Below, one piece after another: positions 30,372-40,416 of a stretch of DNA of 43,963 nt. The notes beneath the pieces were generated by a model. The model made no database searches, was not told the DNA's origin, and saw nothing but the letters and a program-made list of their open reading frames with translations. Every line of letters begins with the position of its first letter. Position 1 is the stretch's first letter. Source of the stretch: Bacteroidota bacterium (GTDB taxonomy: Bacteria; Bacteroidota; Bacteroidia; Cytophagales; Bernardetiaceae); the NCBI GenBank assembly GCA_052033485.1, contig JBPOJO010000287.1, forward strand, positions 1-43,963, read 5' to 3'. Position numbers and translations under genes: made by a program.

Positions 30372-30656
30372 ATGAAAAAATTTACAACAAAAATTAAAAT
30401 GGTTCTTTCAAAAATTTGGGAATATTTACGAAAAACATTTTTTAATTTAAAGGAGTTAGAGAGCATAATGCAAACCTTTTTGACAAATTTAATTGTTGAT
30501 GAGTCGATAGCACACGCTATGAATGTTATAATCAACGGTGATTTCTCAAGAATGACATTGCTGGCTTTTGTTACCGCGATTGGAAGGACATTTTTAAAAG
30601 CAATTTGGCAGGTTGTAAAGGTCCAAATCTTAACGCTAAAAAACACTAAAAACTAA
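30372..30656 (+). CDS. Hypothetical protein (94 aa, start trimmed to MKKFTTK)
   Basis: Internal ATG of track ORF 30333..30656. Confidence 0.55.
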   Translation: MKKFTTKIKMVLSKIWEYLRKTFFNLKELESIMQTFLTNLIVDESIAHAMNVIINGDFSRMTLLAFVTAIGRTFLKAIWQVVKVQILTLKNTKN

Positions 30657-30661
30657 TTATT

Positions 30662-31120
30662 ATGGCACTAAATACCGAACCTACATATAGCACATGGGAT
30701 CAATTTAAAAGATATACCCCTGTTTCAACTCAAACAACAATACTTGAAGCAGTATGGAAACCGTTTGCTTTACGTGCTGAAAAAATACTGGATTCTCATG
30801 TTACGGTTCCAACTTGCCAAAGATATTTATCGACTCAAAATTTAAAATTCCCAATAAAAGATGTCAACGGAGCAAGCATTATTCCTGACGACATAACACT
30901 TGCGGTTATTGAAATAACAAGTGATTTGATTTTAAAGGGAGATCCAACGGCATCAAGCGGGCTCATTGATACTTCCGAAAACTGGGACGGTGGTGGTTAT
31001 TCAGTAACAAAACAGAAAAAAGCAGTGTCCTCCTCTGAAGATATTAAAATTGAAATGCCGCCTTTGGCAAAAAGACTTTTAAGGCCTTGGACAAATAAAG
31101 TGGCTTCATTAACATACTAA
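30662..31120 (+). CDS. Head-tail connector (gp6-like) protein (152 aa)
   Basis: Assigned on position and size only. Confidence 0.55.
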   Translation: MALNTEPTYSTWDQFKRYTPVSTQTTILEAVWKPFALRAEKILDSHVTVPTCQRYLSTQNLKFPIKDVNGASIIPDDITLAVIEITSDLILKGDPTASSGLIDTSENWDGGGYSVTKQKKAVSSSEDIKIEMPPLAKRLLRPWTNKVASLTY

Positions 31121-31122
31121 AA

Positions 31123-31482
31123 ATGGCCTTCCTAGATGCACTTCAAGATACAGTGACGATTTCATCAGTAACAACCGGTTTTAAATCCGGTGATACTATC
31201 GGACAAGAAGTAAAAACCTTAACGACACTTTACAGCAATGTGCCCTGCAGAATGAACGTTGTTTCAACTTCTGGTGGATTTAAACTTCAAGAGCAACAGG
31301 GGAAACAAGAAAATTTTAAATATCTCCGGGTACTTCAAATGAAACCTGAGCACAACGGTGCTAATCGAGGAGACAAGGCTACTGTGAATGGAATTGAATA
31401 TACCATTATGCAAAAAATAGAGGTTCGCGGAAGGACATCGGCAATCCATCATGTTATTTATTACTTAGAAGAACTCAAATAA
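31123..31482 (+). CDS. Head closure / head-tail joining protein (119 aa)
   Basis: Position and size in the connector gene series. Confidence 0.55.
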   Translation: MAFLDALQDTVTISSVTTGFKSGDTIGQEVKTLTTLYSNVPCRMNVVSTSGGFKLQEQQGKQENFKYLRVLQMKPEHNGANRGDKATVNGIEYTIMQKIEVRGRTSAIHHVIYYLEELK

Positions 31483-31483
31483 T

Positions 31484-31858
31484 ATGGGCATAGTTCTTAC
31501 GGAACAATACAGACGTTTTAGGAGAAGTCTCATGCAAAAACTTGCAGAGGCTGCCTTTATTTTAGAAGGAGAAATGCACAGAATAGTCGCCATTGATACC
31601 GGGGATTTAAATCGATCTATTATGTCCGGAAATGTTATTGATCGAGGAAATCTTTTTTCTGTAGACGTTGGTACTGAAGGGATTTTTTACGCTGATTATG
31701 TTGAGCTTGGAGTGGGAGCGGTTTATAACTATCATCGACGTGAAGGTGGGAATCGTCCTGTCGTTTGGGTTGGAAATGGACAACATTTTATTGAAAGAAG
31801 TTTACAAGCAAAATACGGTGAAATTATGGCAAAAATACGTGAAGCCAGGATAAGCTAA
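31484..31858 (+). CDS. HK97 gp10-family tail component (124 aa)
   Basis: IVAIDTGDLNRSI...FYADYVELG fits the gp10-family pattern. Confidence 0.7.
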   Translation: MGIVLTEQYRRFRRSLMQKLAEAAFILEGEMHRIVAIDTGDLNRSIMSGNVIDRGNLFSVDVGTEGIFYADYVELGVGAVYNYHRREGGNRPVVWVGNGQHFIERSLQAKYGEIMAKIREARIS

Positions 31859-31869
31859 CAATTTTTTAT

Positions 31870-32238
31870 ATGATCGAAACAGATTTAAGAACCGAACTTT
31901 TAAGCAATGCTGCAGTAACAGCTATTATTGGAACGCGGATGTTTCTAAAAGCTCCAGTTCATACCCAAACACAATCATACGTCACTTTTCACAGGCAATA
32001 TAAGCTTAGAGACATGGTTAGTGAAAAAAACGTTTTTAAGGTTGTTGCATTTTCGCAAGACATGTTAGAGCTTGAAAATCTATGTGCGGCAATTATTAAT
32101 GCCCTCGATACAAAAACCGCTTTGAATACAAATCAATATTATTCAAATAGCCTTGTTTCACAAATTGACGGCCCGCAAAAACTGGATGATGGTTTTTTTT
32201 GGAGCATGATGACTTTTGAATTTAAGCATTCAATTTAA
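31870..32238 (+). CDS. Tail terminator / completion protein, DUF3168-like (122 aa)
   Basis: The N-terminal LRTELLSNAAVTAIIGTRMF pattern, and position. Confidence 0.6.
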   Translation: MIETDLRTELLSNAAVTAIIGTRMFLKAPVHTQTQSYVTFHRQYKLRDMVSEKNVFKVVAFSQDMLELENLCAAIINALDTKTALNTNQYYSNSLVSQIDGPQKLDDGFFWSMMTFEFKHSI

Positions 32239-32273
32239 TTGTGCTTTAAAAATGATTCTGTTAATCTTTTGGC

Positions 32274-32546
32274 ATGAGCACCAAAAAGAATAAAAAAACG
32301 TCTAAAATCGAAAGAAAAGGACTCTCAAAGAATTTAGAGCGCACGTTTTATGATAATGGGGTGGCTCCTTTAAACATTGATAGCAACGCCTCACGCGAGG
32401 GCGTAAAATATTGCGTTTCCTTTCTTGCAGATCAACTTTTCAGAGGGCAATTCTACAAGACGGGTCAACAAATAGTGCTCTCTGAAAACGACGCGAAAGC
32501 GTACTCCAAACGGTCCAGTCTCAAGATTGAACCTATGGAAAAATAA
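32274..32546 (+). CDS. Hypothetical protein (90 aa)
   Basis: ORF track. Confidence 0.6.
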   Translation: MSTKKNKKTSKIERKGLSKNLERTFYDNGVAPLNIDSNASREGVKYCVSFLADQLFRGQFYKTGQQIVLSENDAKAYSKRSSLKIEPMEK

Positions 32547-32566
32547 ATCCTTAACCAATTTTTACG

Positions 32567-33346
32567 ATGGGCGCAATAAACGAAAATGCACTGAGTAAAT
32601 TTATCGGGATTCTTGAGGTGGCACCATACGCTACACCTTCATCTCTCGTTAGAATTGCATCAGTACGCGGCCTCGTTGCTAACTACGACAACGAATCAAA
32701 AAAGGTCGAAGTTAAAGCTGACGATACCGGAACGGTCTTTAAAGGCTTTCAGCCTGAGGCGAAAATCGAAGGATCATTTCTTGAAAATGTAAATCGAGAT
32801 TTGATGAGCTTGTTGCTTGGAGGCAATCCATCCGACACTGCAGGATCTATTGTAAACAACCATTCGCAAGTAATTGCTGCTGGTTGGGCTTACAATAAAT
32901 TTATTCCTTTCGATAAAGCGAATGGAAATGGAACTGTTCCAACTATCGATTCTGTAACTGGATCAGTAGATGGTGCCTTGGTTTCTGAAACCGATTATTT
33001 CTTGGGTAGAAATGACAGTGGCGACTGGGGAATTTTTGTAAAAGATTCCTCAACCGTTACAACTCTTGCGCAAACTATTACGGTGCAATTTGATTACACA
33101 CCAAACGCAAGTGAAAACATCACTTTCCCTTTAACCTTTACGGAATCTCCTCGTCTGTACGTTAAAATCACAGCCGAAGATGAGACTGGCAAAGAAAGAG
33201 TTATCATCCTGGATGATGCAACTTTTGAAGGAACTTATGGCATTGAGTTTCTTGACATTGGTGAAGCTGGTGACCTTAAGGGAACAACTTTTGTTTTCAT
33301 GGGGAACAAAGGCTCAAACCTCATCATGCAAAACGAAATACTTTAA
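32567..33346 (+). CDS. Major tail protein (259 aa)
   Basis: It precedes the chaperone and tape measure genes and is followed by a terminator. Confidence 0.7.
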   Translation: MGAINENALSKFIGILEVAPYATPSSLVRIASVRGLVANYDNESKKVEVKADDTGTVFKGFQPEAKIEGSFLENVNRDLMSLLLGGNPSDTAGSIVNNHSQVIAAGWAYNKFIPFDKANGNGTVPTIDSVTGSVDGALVSETDYFLGRNDSGDWGIFVKDSSTVTTLAQTITVQFDYTPNASENITFPLTFTESPRLYVKITAEDETGKERVIILDDATFEGTYGIEFLDIGEAGDLKGTTFVFMGNKGSNLIMQNEIL

Positions 33347-33365
33347 GCCTCAAAACTTATAGTAG

Positions 33366-33398
33366 AAAAAGAGTCGGCATTGTCCGGCTCTTTTTTTT
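33366..33398 (+). terminator. Rho-independent terminator / attenuator after the major tail gene
   Basis: Stem aaaaagagtcgg / ccggctcttttt (one G-U pair), 6-nt loop, T8 run. Confidence 0.75.
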
Positions 33399-33414
33399 AA
33401 AGTAAAATCAATGC

Positions 33415-33993
33415 ATGGAAGAACTTTTGAGAAAAAAATTTAAGCTAGAAATCGAATTTTTCGGACGGTTCCGAAAACCAAAAGTAATGCAGTTTGAATT
33501 TTATCAGGGGACTTTGCGGGAACTTTTAGAAATGAAAAGTAAAATATCTGATCCGAAAGAGCTGGACAACTGGCTTGCTGATTTTTTAATGTCAAAAGTA
33601 AAGGGGCGTGATAAACTCACGATGAATCTTTATTGGCAACTCACCACACGCAGAAAAAACGACATTATTCAATTTTTGGTTAAAACTTTTGGAAAAAACT
33701 TTTTCGTAAAATCTGAATCGCAAGATAGATCTCCCGCAAGCGCAATGATATGTTTTGTTCTCGAATTCACGAATGAAACGATTGAGTCGCTCCTAGAAAT
33801 GACATGGGAGCAAATAGAATTCATTATTGAGGGGGTTGTTTGGAACATAAATGCCAAAGATCCAAAAGGACGTGAAAAAAATGATCGAATGATGAGAATG
33901 AGGGAGCTGAAAGAGAAATTTACTGATACGGATACCGATGAAAAGCTGGCACGGATTGAAGAAAAAATGAAAAGTAAAAAACTTAAAAAATAA
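33415..33993 (+). CDS. Tail assembly chaperone (192 aa)
   Basis: It lies immediately upstream of the tape measure gene. Confidence 0.6.
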   Translation: MEELLRKKFKLEIEFFGRFRKPKVMQFEFYQGTLRELLEMKSKISDPKELDNWLADFLMSKVKGRDKLTMNLYWQLTTRRKNDIIQFLVKTFGKNFFVKSESQDRSPASAMICFVLEFTNETIESLLEMTWEQIEFIIEGVVWNINAKDPKGREKNDRMMRMRELKEKFTDTDTDEKLARIEEKMKSKKLKK

Positions 33994-33996
33994 TTT

Positions 33997-36900
33997 ATGG
34001 GTGATTTTGCAGAGGAAATGAAAGTGTCAATTATCGGCGATGCGCGCGATATTGACAGGAAAGTCCAGGAAACTAGCGCAAAATTGAAAACATTTCAAAC
34101 ACAAGCTAATCAGCAAGGACAGGTCAGGTTACGTGTAACCATTGCTGAACTTGAAAGCAAAATTGCTGAAGCAAGAAAAAGGCTTACGCAATTTAAAAAA
34201 GATGGTGACACCGCTGGCGAAATAAAGGCCCGGCTTGAAATAACCGGCTTACAACAAAACAAGAACAATGCCACAAAGATTTTAAGGGATTTATCAAAAG
34301 ATGCCACTGAGACAGGAACATCGTTTTTTAGCCTCAATAAAATTGTTGTGGATGCTATAAAGGCTTTTGGAGCTTTCACGCTAATTAGGAAGGTTGGGGA
34401 CGCTCTCCGTGACTCTTTCGATGCTGCTGTGAGTTTTGAAAGTGCTTTTGCCGGCATTAAAAAAACAGTCGATGCAACGCCAGCTGAATTTACAGCAATG
34501 GAAAATTCAATAAAAAGTTTAGCAACGCAAATTCCGGTTACTGTTGAAGAACTATCGAAAATAGGTGAAAGCGCCGGGCAGCTGGGCGTTAAAAAAAAGG
34601 ACATTATTGAATTTACAAAAACAATCGCTGCTATCGCAGCATCAACAAACTTAACAAGTGATGCGGCTGCAACTTCTTTTGCTAGGATTGCAAATATTTT
34701 TCAGCAACCCATTTCAAAGGTTGAAAATTTAGCATCGGCGGTTGTTGAATTGGGAAACAATTTTGCAACAACGGAAAGTGAGATCGTGAATTTTACAACA
34801 AATATTGCTGGTGCCGGTAAAGTAGCAGGATTAAGCACAGCTGATCTTGCCGGGATTGCAACTGCATTCACATCGGTCGGTATTGAATCAGAGGCGGGAG
34901 GTACAGCAATTTCTAAGGCCCTTCAATCAATCGCTGATGCGGTTCATGAAGGAGGAAAAGACCTGGGGAATTTTGCCAACGTTGCGGGAGTATCAGCAAA
35001 CGATTTTGCAAAACTTTGGCGGTCAAATCCCGCAAAAGCTTTTGATCTTTTTGTGCAAGGCCTTGGAAAATCTGGTGAAGATGCTGCTGCAGTACTTGAG
35101 GGTTTAGTCGGTGGTGACGTTCGTTTAAAAAAAGCTTTCCTTTCGGTTGCTGGAGCCGGTGATTTACTTACTCGGGCAATAGACACATCAAATCGGGCCT
35201 TTACAGAAAACACAGCTTTAACCACTGAAGCAAATAAAAGATATGAAACCACCGAAAGCAAATTAAAAATGCTTGATGGACGTTGGAATAATTTGAAAAT
35301 TGCAGTTGGGAATTTTTTGAAAACTGCGGCGGTTCCTGTACTTGAATTTTTGGTTACACTTGCTGAAGCTTTGGGTGGCGCTAAAAATGAACTTTCAACC
35401 TTAGCCGACATTATAAAAACAGCTGGGATTGTACTTTCAACGTATTTCTCACTTACGATCCTGAGCAAAATTGCATCCGGATTAAAACTTTTAGACGTTG
35501 CCCTGGGTGGGGTTTCAAAAGCTTTTACAACTGCGGCTACCACCGGTGGCACGATGGCGGGCGTTTTGAATTCATTAAAAGTTGCGTTTGCAGCCCTTCT
35601 TTCAGGTCCTGCTTTACTGGTTGGGGCGTTGAGTGTTTTGACTTTTGGTTTAATTGCAACTTTAAACAAAGAGGAGGAGCTAAGAGTCGCCACTGAAAAT
35701 TTGAAACAAACATTGAATGATAATTTTAAAGTTCCTAGCCTCGATGGTGTAAATCAAAAATTCCAAAGTCTTTTGGACACCGCACATCAAGTCAATCAAG
35801 AAATTTTAAAAATTCAAGCGGGTGGTGGTGATTCAGGGATTTTAGCCGCTGGGCCAACACAAGCAAATGGAATAACTGCATCAAACGACATTACAGCCTC
35901 AACGGACATCACTGCAGGATTAAATGATGCGCAGGGGCCATCCTTATTTGGTGGGGCGGTGACTGATAGCGGATTTGCGGAAACCGTAAGAAAATCAGCG
36001 GAAAACGTTGCACTTTTGAGACAGGAAACTGATACCTTACTTTCGAGTGTTGGTTTAACAAAAGCAGAAATTAAAGATTTCACATCGCAACTCGGTCTTT
36101 TCAGTGGAGCAACAGAGCTGAGCGCCGCTGATCAAGATCTTATCCGAACAAAAATTGCTGAGGTCAGCCCGCAACTTGAAGTCGCAGCTGAAGATTTCGG
36201 AACTGCGGTTGAAGAAATAAGGGGAAAAAGTGGAGATTGGACATCGGCAATAAATAAAGTTGTTGAAAAGAACAAAAAAGAATACGAAAAAAATGGGCAA
36301 AATGCAGAGGAAATGGTCAAAACCATAGAGGAAAAATATGTTGCAAACGTTGCTAAATCCGGTGACCTTGGAGAAGCCGCTGCAATTGCTTACGGATCAG
36401 GATTTGACACCAATCGAACAATAGCCGCAATGCAGGCGGGCGTGGGAGCAGTAACTGACGAAATGCTTTTGAAAGAGTTGGTTGCTGCAGAAAGATCCGG
36501 TGACCATGGAAAGGCGGCGGGATTATTACTTGCTTTGGGAATTGGAAGCCCCGCAAATTTAGCAGCTGTTGCAAATAACAGCAACAACTTAAATAAATCA
36601 ATTATTAATGCTTTTGAGGCTTCAAAGGGTGCAATTTCGGCAACCGGTAAATCGTCAGGTGCCACCCTGATAAGTGGTATTATTGCGGGAATCAATCAAT
36701 ATATTCCTAGCTTAAGTTCACTCTTAAATAATATTGCTAAAAGCCTTGGTGGCCTTGCTTCATTTGCGGGCGTTTTCGGGAGTGCCGCCACTGCAATTAT
36801 TGGTCCGGAAAAAGTTGCTGCAGCACAATCATTTTTCGCACAAATTGGAAACAAAGCTGCATCGCTTCAATCACAATTCAATAATCTTAAAGCGGCTCCG

Positions 36901-38208
36901 GTTGCTTCTGGTGGCGGTGGTGTTCCTTCTTATAAAGGCGGCGGTGGCGGCGGAGGTGGTAAAAAAGGTGGTGGCGGTGGCGGTGGAGCGGATAAAGCGG
37001 AAGCAGAGGCGAAAAAACAAGCACAGGAAGCCGAAAAAGCTGTTGACGATTATACGAAAGCAATCGAAACAAATAATAAGGCTGCTAAAAAATTACGTGA
37101 TGATACGGTCGATTTTTATCGTGATATTGTTAATTCTATTGAGGAGGCAAAGGAAAAACAAACCGATCTTACAAATGAACTTACGAAATTTAAAACTGAG
37201 CAACAAACGGATTTTGCGGTTGAGTCTGCAAAAAGAAACATTGATCTAACTGAAAGAAAACTTGAGCTCGAAAAAGATTTAAAAGATGCAAAAGATGATT
37301 TAGCAAGCATAGATGCCACCGAAAATCCTGCTGACGCTCAGCAAAAACAACAAGATGCACAAGATAAAATCTTAGAAATTCAAAAGAAAATAAATGCTGT
37401 AACTGATGAACAAGCAAAAATTCAAACTTATTTATCGAGCTTAACGACCGATACAACTGCTGCACAAAAGGCATACGATGATGCCGTTGCAACTGGAAAT
37501 GCAGAGCAAATAAAAGCTGCAAAAATTGCCCTGGATAAAGCTACTATTGATAAACAGATTTTTGCTGAATATACAGAGGCTCAAAGAAGATCTACTCTTT
37601 CAGAATTTGAGCAAAATCAGTTAAAACTACAAGACAAAATCAAGGAAAAAGAAGATGAGATCAATGCGGAGATTGCAAAACAACAGAAAATTATTGATAT
37701 TCAAAATCAATTTTTACAGCTTCAAAATGCCACCTCTGAGGAGGACATGGCGAAAAAACAAGCACTCATTGATCTTGCTACCGGTGATGAAATTTTAAGC
37801 CAGGAGCAAAGGCAAGCAAAGCTGAAAGAGCTTGGATTTAATGATTTAACGATTGATCAGCAACTTGACCTAATTAAACAAGTTCAAAAAGCAAACGCCC
37901 TTGCAGTTGAAACGAAACAGGTTGAAGATCAACAACTTGAATTGTTGAATACAAAAAATAAATATCAGGATATGGCTGAGCAATATCACGGCGAAAGTGT
38001 GGATAAAATGAAAGCAAAAACAGAGGAGTTAATCGCACTCATTCAGAATGCTCAACAGGAACAAATAAAATTAAATGCACTCCGTGGGGCCGCTACTGCA
38101 GCACAAAATGCCACCACGAACACCACGAATTTAAACGTCAACAATAACATAAATGGACAAGTCGACCTAGAGGGCGCTATGAATTCAGCCCTTAACAAAG
38201 TAAAATAA
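33997..38208 (+). CDS. Tail tape measure protein (1403 aa), TP901-type core
   Basis: FESAFAGIKKTVDATPAEF...IPVTVEELSKIGESAGQLGV...TSDAAATSFARI. Also has TM segments, a Gly-run, and a long coiled-coil C-terminal half. Confidence 0.9.
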   Translation: MGDFAEEMKVSIIGDARDIDRKVQETSAKLKTFQTQANQQGQVRLRVTIAELESKIAEARKRLTQFKKDGDTAGEIKARLEITGLQQNKNNATKILRDLSKDATETGTSFFSLNKIVVDAIKAFGAFTLIRKVGDALRDSFDAAVSFESAFAGIKKTVDATPAEFTAMENSIKSLATQIPVTVEELSKIGESAGQLGVKKKDIIEFTKTIAAIAASTNLTSDAAATSFARIANIFQQPISKVENLASAVVELGNNFATTESEIVNFTTNIAGAGKVAGLSTADLAGIATAFTSVGIESEAGGTAISKALQSIADAVHEGGKDLGNFANVAGVSANDFAKLWRSNPAKAFDLFVQGLGKSGEDAAAVLEGLVGGDVRLKKAFLSVAGAGDLLTRAIDTSNRAFTENTALTTEANKRYETTESKLKMLDGRWNNLKIAVGNFLKTAAVPVLEFLVTLAEALGGAKNELSTLADIIKTAGIVLSTYFSLTILSKIASGLKLLDVALGGVSKAFTTAATTGGTMAGVLNSLKVAFAALLSGPALLVGALSVLTFGLIATLNKEEELRVATENLKQTLNDNFKVPSLDGVNQKFQSLLDTAHQVNQEILKIQAGGGDSGILAAGPTQANGITASNDITASTDITAGLNDAQGPSLFGGAVTDSGFAETVRKSAENVALLRQETDTLLSSVGLTKAEIKDFTSQLGLFSGATELSAADQDLIRTKIAEVSPQLEVAAEDFGTAVEEIRGKSGDWTSAINKVVEKNKKEYEKNGQNAEEMVKTIEEKYVANVAKSGDLGEAAAIAYGSGFDTNRTIAAMQAGVGAVTDEMLLKELVAAERSGDHGKAAGLLLALGIGSPANLAAVANNSNNLNKSIINAFEASKGAISATGKSSGATLISGIIAGINQYIPSLSSLLNNIAKSLGGLASFAGVFGSAATAIIGPEKVAAAQSFFAQIGNKAASLQSQFNNLKAAPVASGGGGVPSYKGGGGGGGGKKGGGGGGGADKAEAEAKKQAQEAEKAVDDYTKAIETNNKAAKKLRDDTVDFYRDIVNSIEEAKEKQTDLTNELTKFKTEQQTDFAVESAKRNIDLTERKLELEKDLKDAKDDLASIDATENPADAQQKQQDAQDKILEIQKKINAVTDEQAKIQTYLSSLTTDTTAAQKAYDDAVATGNAEQIKAAKIALDKATIDKQIFAEYTEAQRRSTLSEFEQNQLKLQDKIKEKEDEINAEIAKQQKIIDIQNQFLQLQNATSEEDMAKKQALIDLATGDEILSQEQRQAKLKELGFNDLTIDQQLDLIKQVQKANALAVETKQVEDQQLELLNTKNKYQDMAEQYHGESVDKMKAKTEELIALIQNAQQEQIKLNALRGAATAAQNATTNTTNLNVNNNINGQVDLEGAMNSALNKVK

Positions 38209-38212
38209 ATTT

Positions 38213-39082
38213 ATGATAGGAAAAAACTTTATTTTTGATGGCGTTGCAATTCCATATACTACTGCTGAAGGAGTAGCAGCGGGATGGTATGCAGACGTAA
38301 AATGGCCAGGGGTTTCAACCAGAAATTTCATTACATCTCGTCAAGATTTTCATGGAACAATTTCAAATCCTACTTTTGCTGAAGGGAAAATGATTGAAGT
38401 TCGAGGGGAAATATTTTCAGCGGCTAAAACCACACGCGGGAGCGTTAAAAATATTATCGCAAACCTTTTTAAGATTGAGGATTTTCCTGCAGAGGATAAT
38501 GAACTGAAAAAATTAGAATTTACCGATGATGACAATACCGACTGGTTTATTTGGTGTAAGGTTTATTCTATGCCTGAATACGACCATGAAAGAGGCGAGC
38601 CGATTATAACTTTTTACTGCCAGCTTTACGCTCCTGATCCGCTTCTTTTATCAACAGATCTGCAAACAGCAAGCGGCATCTATGGCTTATGGGGTGGGCT
38701 TACTTTGCCTGTTGAACTTCCTGAACAACTCAGCGGAGCTATAAACCCTGTTACTTGCGTGAACAATGGGAATTTTGCTGCAAAGGCAGTAATAACAATC
38801 ACCGGGGCCGTTGAAAATCCAAAGATTTTTAATCTTACAACCGGGCGATTTTTCCAAATAAACACATCGATGGTTGACGGCGATATTTTGATTGTTGACA
38901 CTGAAGAGGCAACGGCAACCCTCAACGGCGTTAACGTTTTAGGGGCGCGAGGCGATGGCTCAAACTGGCTTTTTGTGAATTCAGGTACAAACTATTTCCT
39001 TTTAGCTGGGGATAATTTTGATTTTGATGATCAGGGTAAAGCAACAATCGAAATCGAGTGGTACCATACTAAGATAGTTTAA
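38213..39082 (+). CDS. Distal tail protein (Dit-like; 289 aa)
   Basis: Position directly after the TMP, and size. Confidence 0.65.
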   Translation: MIGKNFIFDGVAIPYTTAEGVAAGWYADVKWPGVSTRNFITSRQDFHGTISNPTFAEGKMIEVRGEIFSAAKTTRGSVKNIIANLFKIEDFPAEDNELKKLEFTDDDNTDWFIWCKVYSMPEYDHERGEPIITFYCQLYAPDPLLLSTDLQTASGIYGLWGGLTLPVELPEQLSGAINPVTCVNNGNFAAKAVITITGAVENPKIFNLTTGRFFQINTSMVDGDILIVDTEEATATLNGVNVLGARGDGSNWLFVNSGTNYFLLAGDNFDFDDQGKATIEIEWYHTKIV

Positions 39083-39093
39083 CCGCTAAAAAT

Positions 39094-40179
39094 ATGGATA
39101 TTGTTTTGAAGGTTTCAACAGATTACACACGCGAAAACACAAAAGCTCAATTTATCAATCCATCAGGATTGAGTTTTGTGCAGGAACTCGTCAATACAGG
39201 CAGTTTAACATTTAGAATCCCTTTATCTGATCCGCAAATAAACGAAATTATAGAGTACCGGAAAGTGGCGCTTTATATTATTGATGGCGGTGAAGACCAG
39301 CTTCTTTGGACTGGATATATTGAAGATCCGGACAATGATTTTTCGTATGCCATAATAAAATGTTCCGATGAGAAAGATTTTTTAAGATCAAAAATGATTT
39401 TTGGGGATAAGGACTGGGAGCTTGTAACCGTCAATGTGGCTCTAAATATTTTGGTTACGGAGGCAAATTTACGAAAAGGAGTAAATGAACCATCGTTGTC
39501 ATTTAGTACGGATTTAGGTGATGTTGTCATCGGGAAAAAATTCACGATGGGAACATCTTATTTTGATATTCTAACCGCGATCACTCAGGTTGTAGATGGG
39601 CAGTTAAAAGTTGAAATGAATCAAATCATTCTAAAAGCAATGATCGGAACCGATCGCACTACGATCGGTGATGATTATCTTGAATTTATTTGGAATAATG
39701 AAAGTCCAAACGAAAATAACATTACAAAGTTTTTTAATCGCAGAAAGGGTGCCGAAATTGCAACACGCGTTATTGGAAAACCTAAAACCGGTTCAGTTGC
39801 TGACATAACTGGCGATACTTCTATTTTTGGGTCCATTGAAAGGTCTGTTGCTATGGAGGATGGCAATGCCACGCTACAAACTCAAGAATTTGTGAACAAA
39901 CATGAAGTTTCACAGATTGAGCGGGGCTGTGAAGTCGACATTTCTGTTGAAAAATTCAGGATGGTAAATGTCGGGGATCTGGTTAAAATAAAAATTGCTC
40001 ATAATAGCGTCTTGGCTAACACTAATACCAGCTTAAAAGTTATTCAAAAAACGGCTAAATTTGAAAATAAACGACCGATCACAAGTATCAAACTTTCGAG
40101 TGAAACAAAACAAGTGGCCAGTATGAATAACTTTTTGTCTGAACTTAGTCGGCGCGTGAAACGCCTGGAATTGTATTAA
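39094..40179 (+). CDS. Tail-associated / baseplate hub protein (Tal-like; 361 aa)
   Basis: Position after Dit, and size. Confidence 0.6.
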   Translation: MDIVLKVSTDYTRENTKAQFINPSGLSFVQELVNTGSLTFRIPLSDPQINEIIEYRKVALYIIDGGEDQLLWTGYIEDPDNDFSYAIIKCSDEKDFLRSKMIFGDKDWELVTVNVALNILVTEANLRKGVNEPSLSFSTDLGDVVIGKKFTMGTSYFDILTAITQVVDGQLKVEMNQIILKAMIGTDRTTIGDDYLEFIWNNESPNENNITKFFNRRKGAEIATRVIGKPKTGSVADITGDTSIFGSIERSVAMEDGNATLQTQEFVNKHEVSQIERGCEVDISVEKFRMVNVGDLVKIKIAHNSVLANTNTSLKVIQKTAKFENKRPITSIKLSSETKQVASMNNFLSELSRRVKRLELY

Positions 40180-40205
40180 AATTTATTATTTGTTAATATT
40201 CGATC

Positions 40206-40382
40206 ATGGAAATTCTTGCTTGCGAAATTAATGGGGTTCAAGGTTGGAAGTGCGGTGAAAACGGCACTTGTTATATTGGAATCGAAGCAAAACAACGTGC
40301 TTTCCGCGAGCAAAAACATTTAAAAGCTGAAGAGTTCAAAGTAAATCCGGCACCTCTTCCTGAAGAAACAGAACCGGAATAA
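40206..40382 (+). CDS. Small hypothetical protein (58 aa)
   Basis: Hand translation: MEILACEINGVQGWKCGENGTCYIGIEAKQRAFREQKHLKAEEFKVNPAPLPEETEPE. Confidence 0.4.
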   Translation: MEILACEINGVQGWKCGENGTCYIGIEAKQRAFREQKHLKAEEFKVNPAPLPEETEPE

Positions 40383-40416
40383 GAAAATTTATAAAAACTT
40401 TTAAAACGAATTAAAT

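Noticed and set aside
33415-33993. A programmed -1 frameshift (gpG/gpGT-type) in the tail chaperone gene
   Set aside because: The ORF ends 3 nt before the TMP start. There is no extended ORF in the -1 frame and no obvious slippery heptamer with a downstream extension. This cannot be excluded, but it is unsupported.
34110-36695. Long antisense ORFs inside the tape measure gene (34110..34604, 34944..35693, 35814..36083, 36390..36695 and others)
   Set aside because: They lie opposite a strongly supported 1403-aa TMP with TP901-type motifs. Their translations are low-complexity (S/A/F/K-rich) mirror images of an A/G/K/E-rich gene. They have no start context or operon logic on the minus strand.
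36734-37249. A 171-aa alternative + frame ORF in the TMP with an extremely basic sequence (RKQRRKNKHRKPKK)
   Set aside because: It is a by-product of the GGN/AAR repeat tract, and its composition is non-protein-like. Unlike the MTase +1 frame, it shows no ordered family-like motifs.
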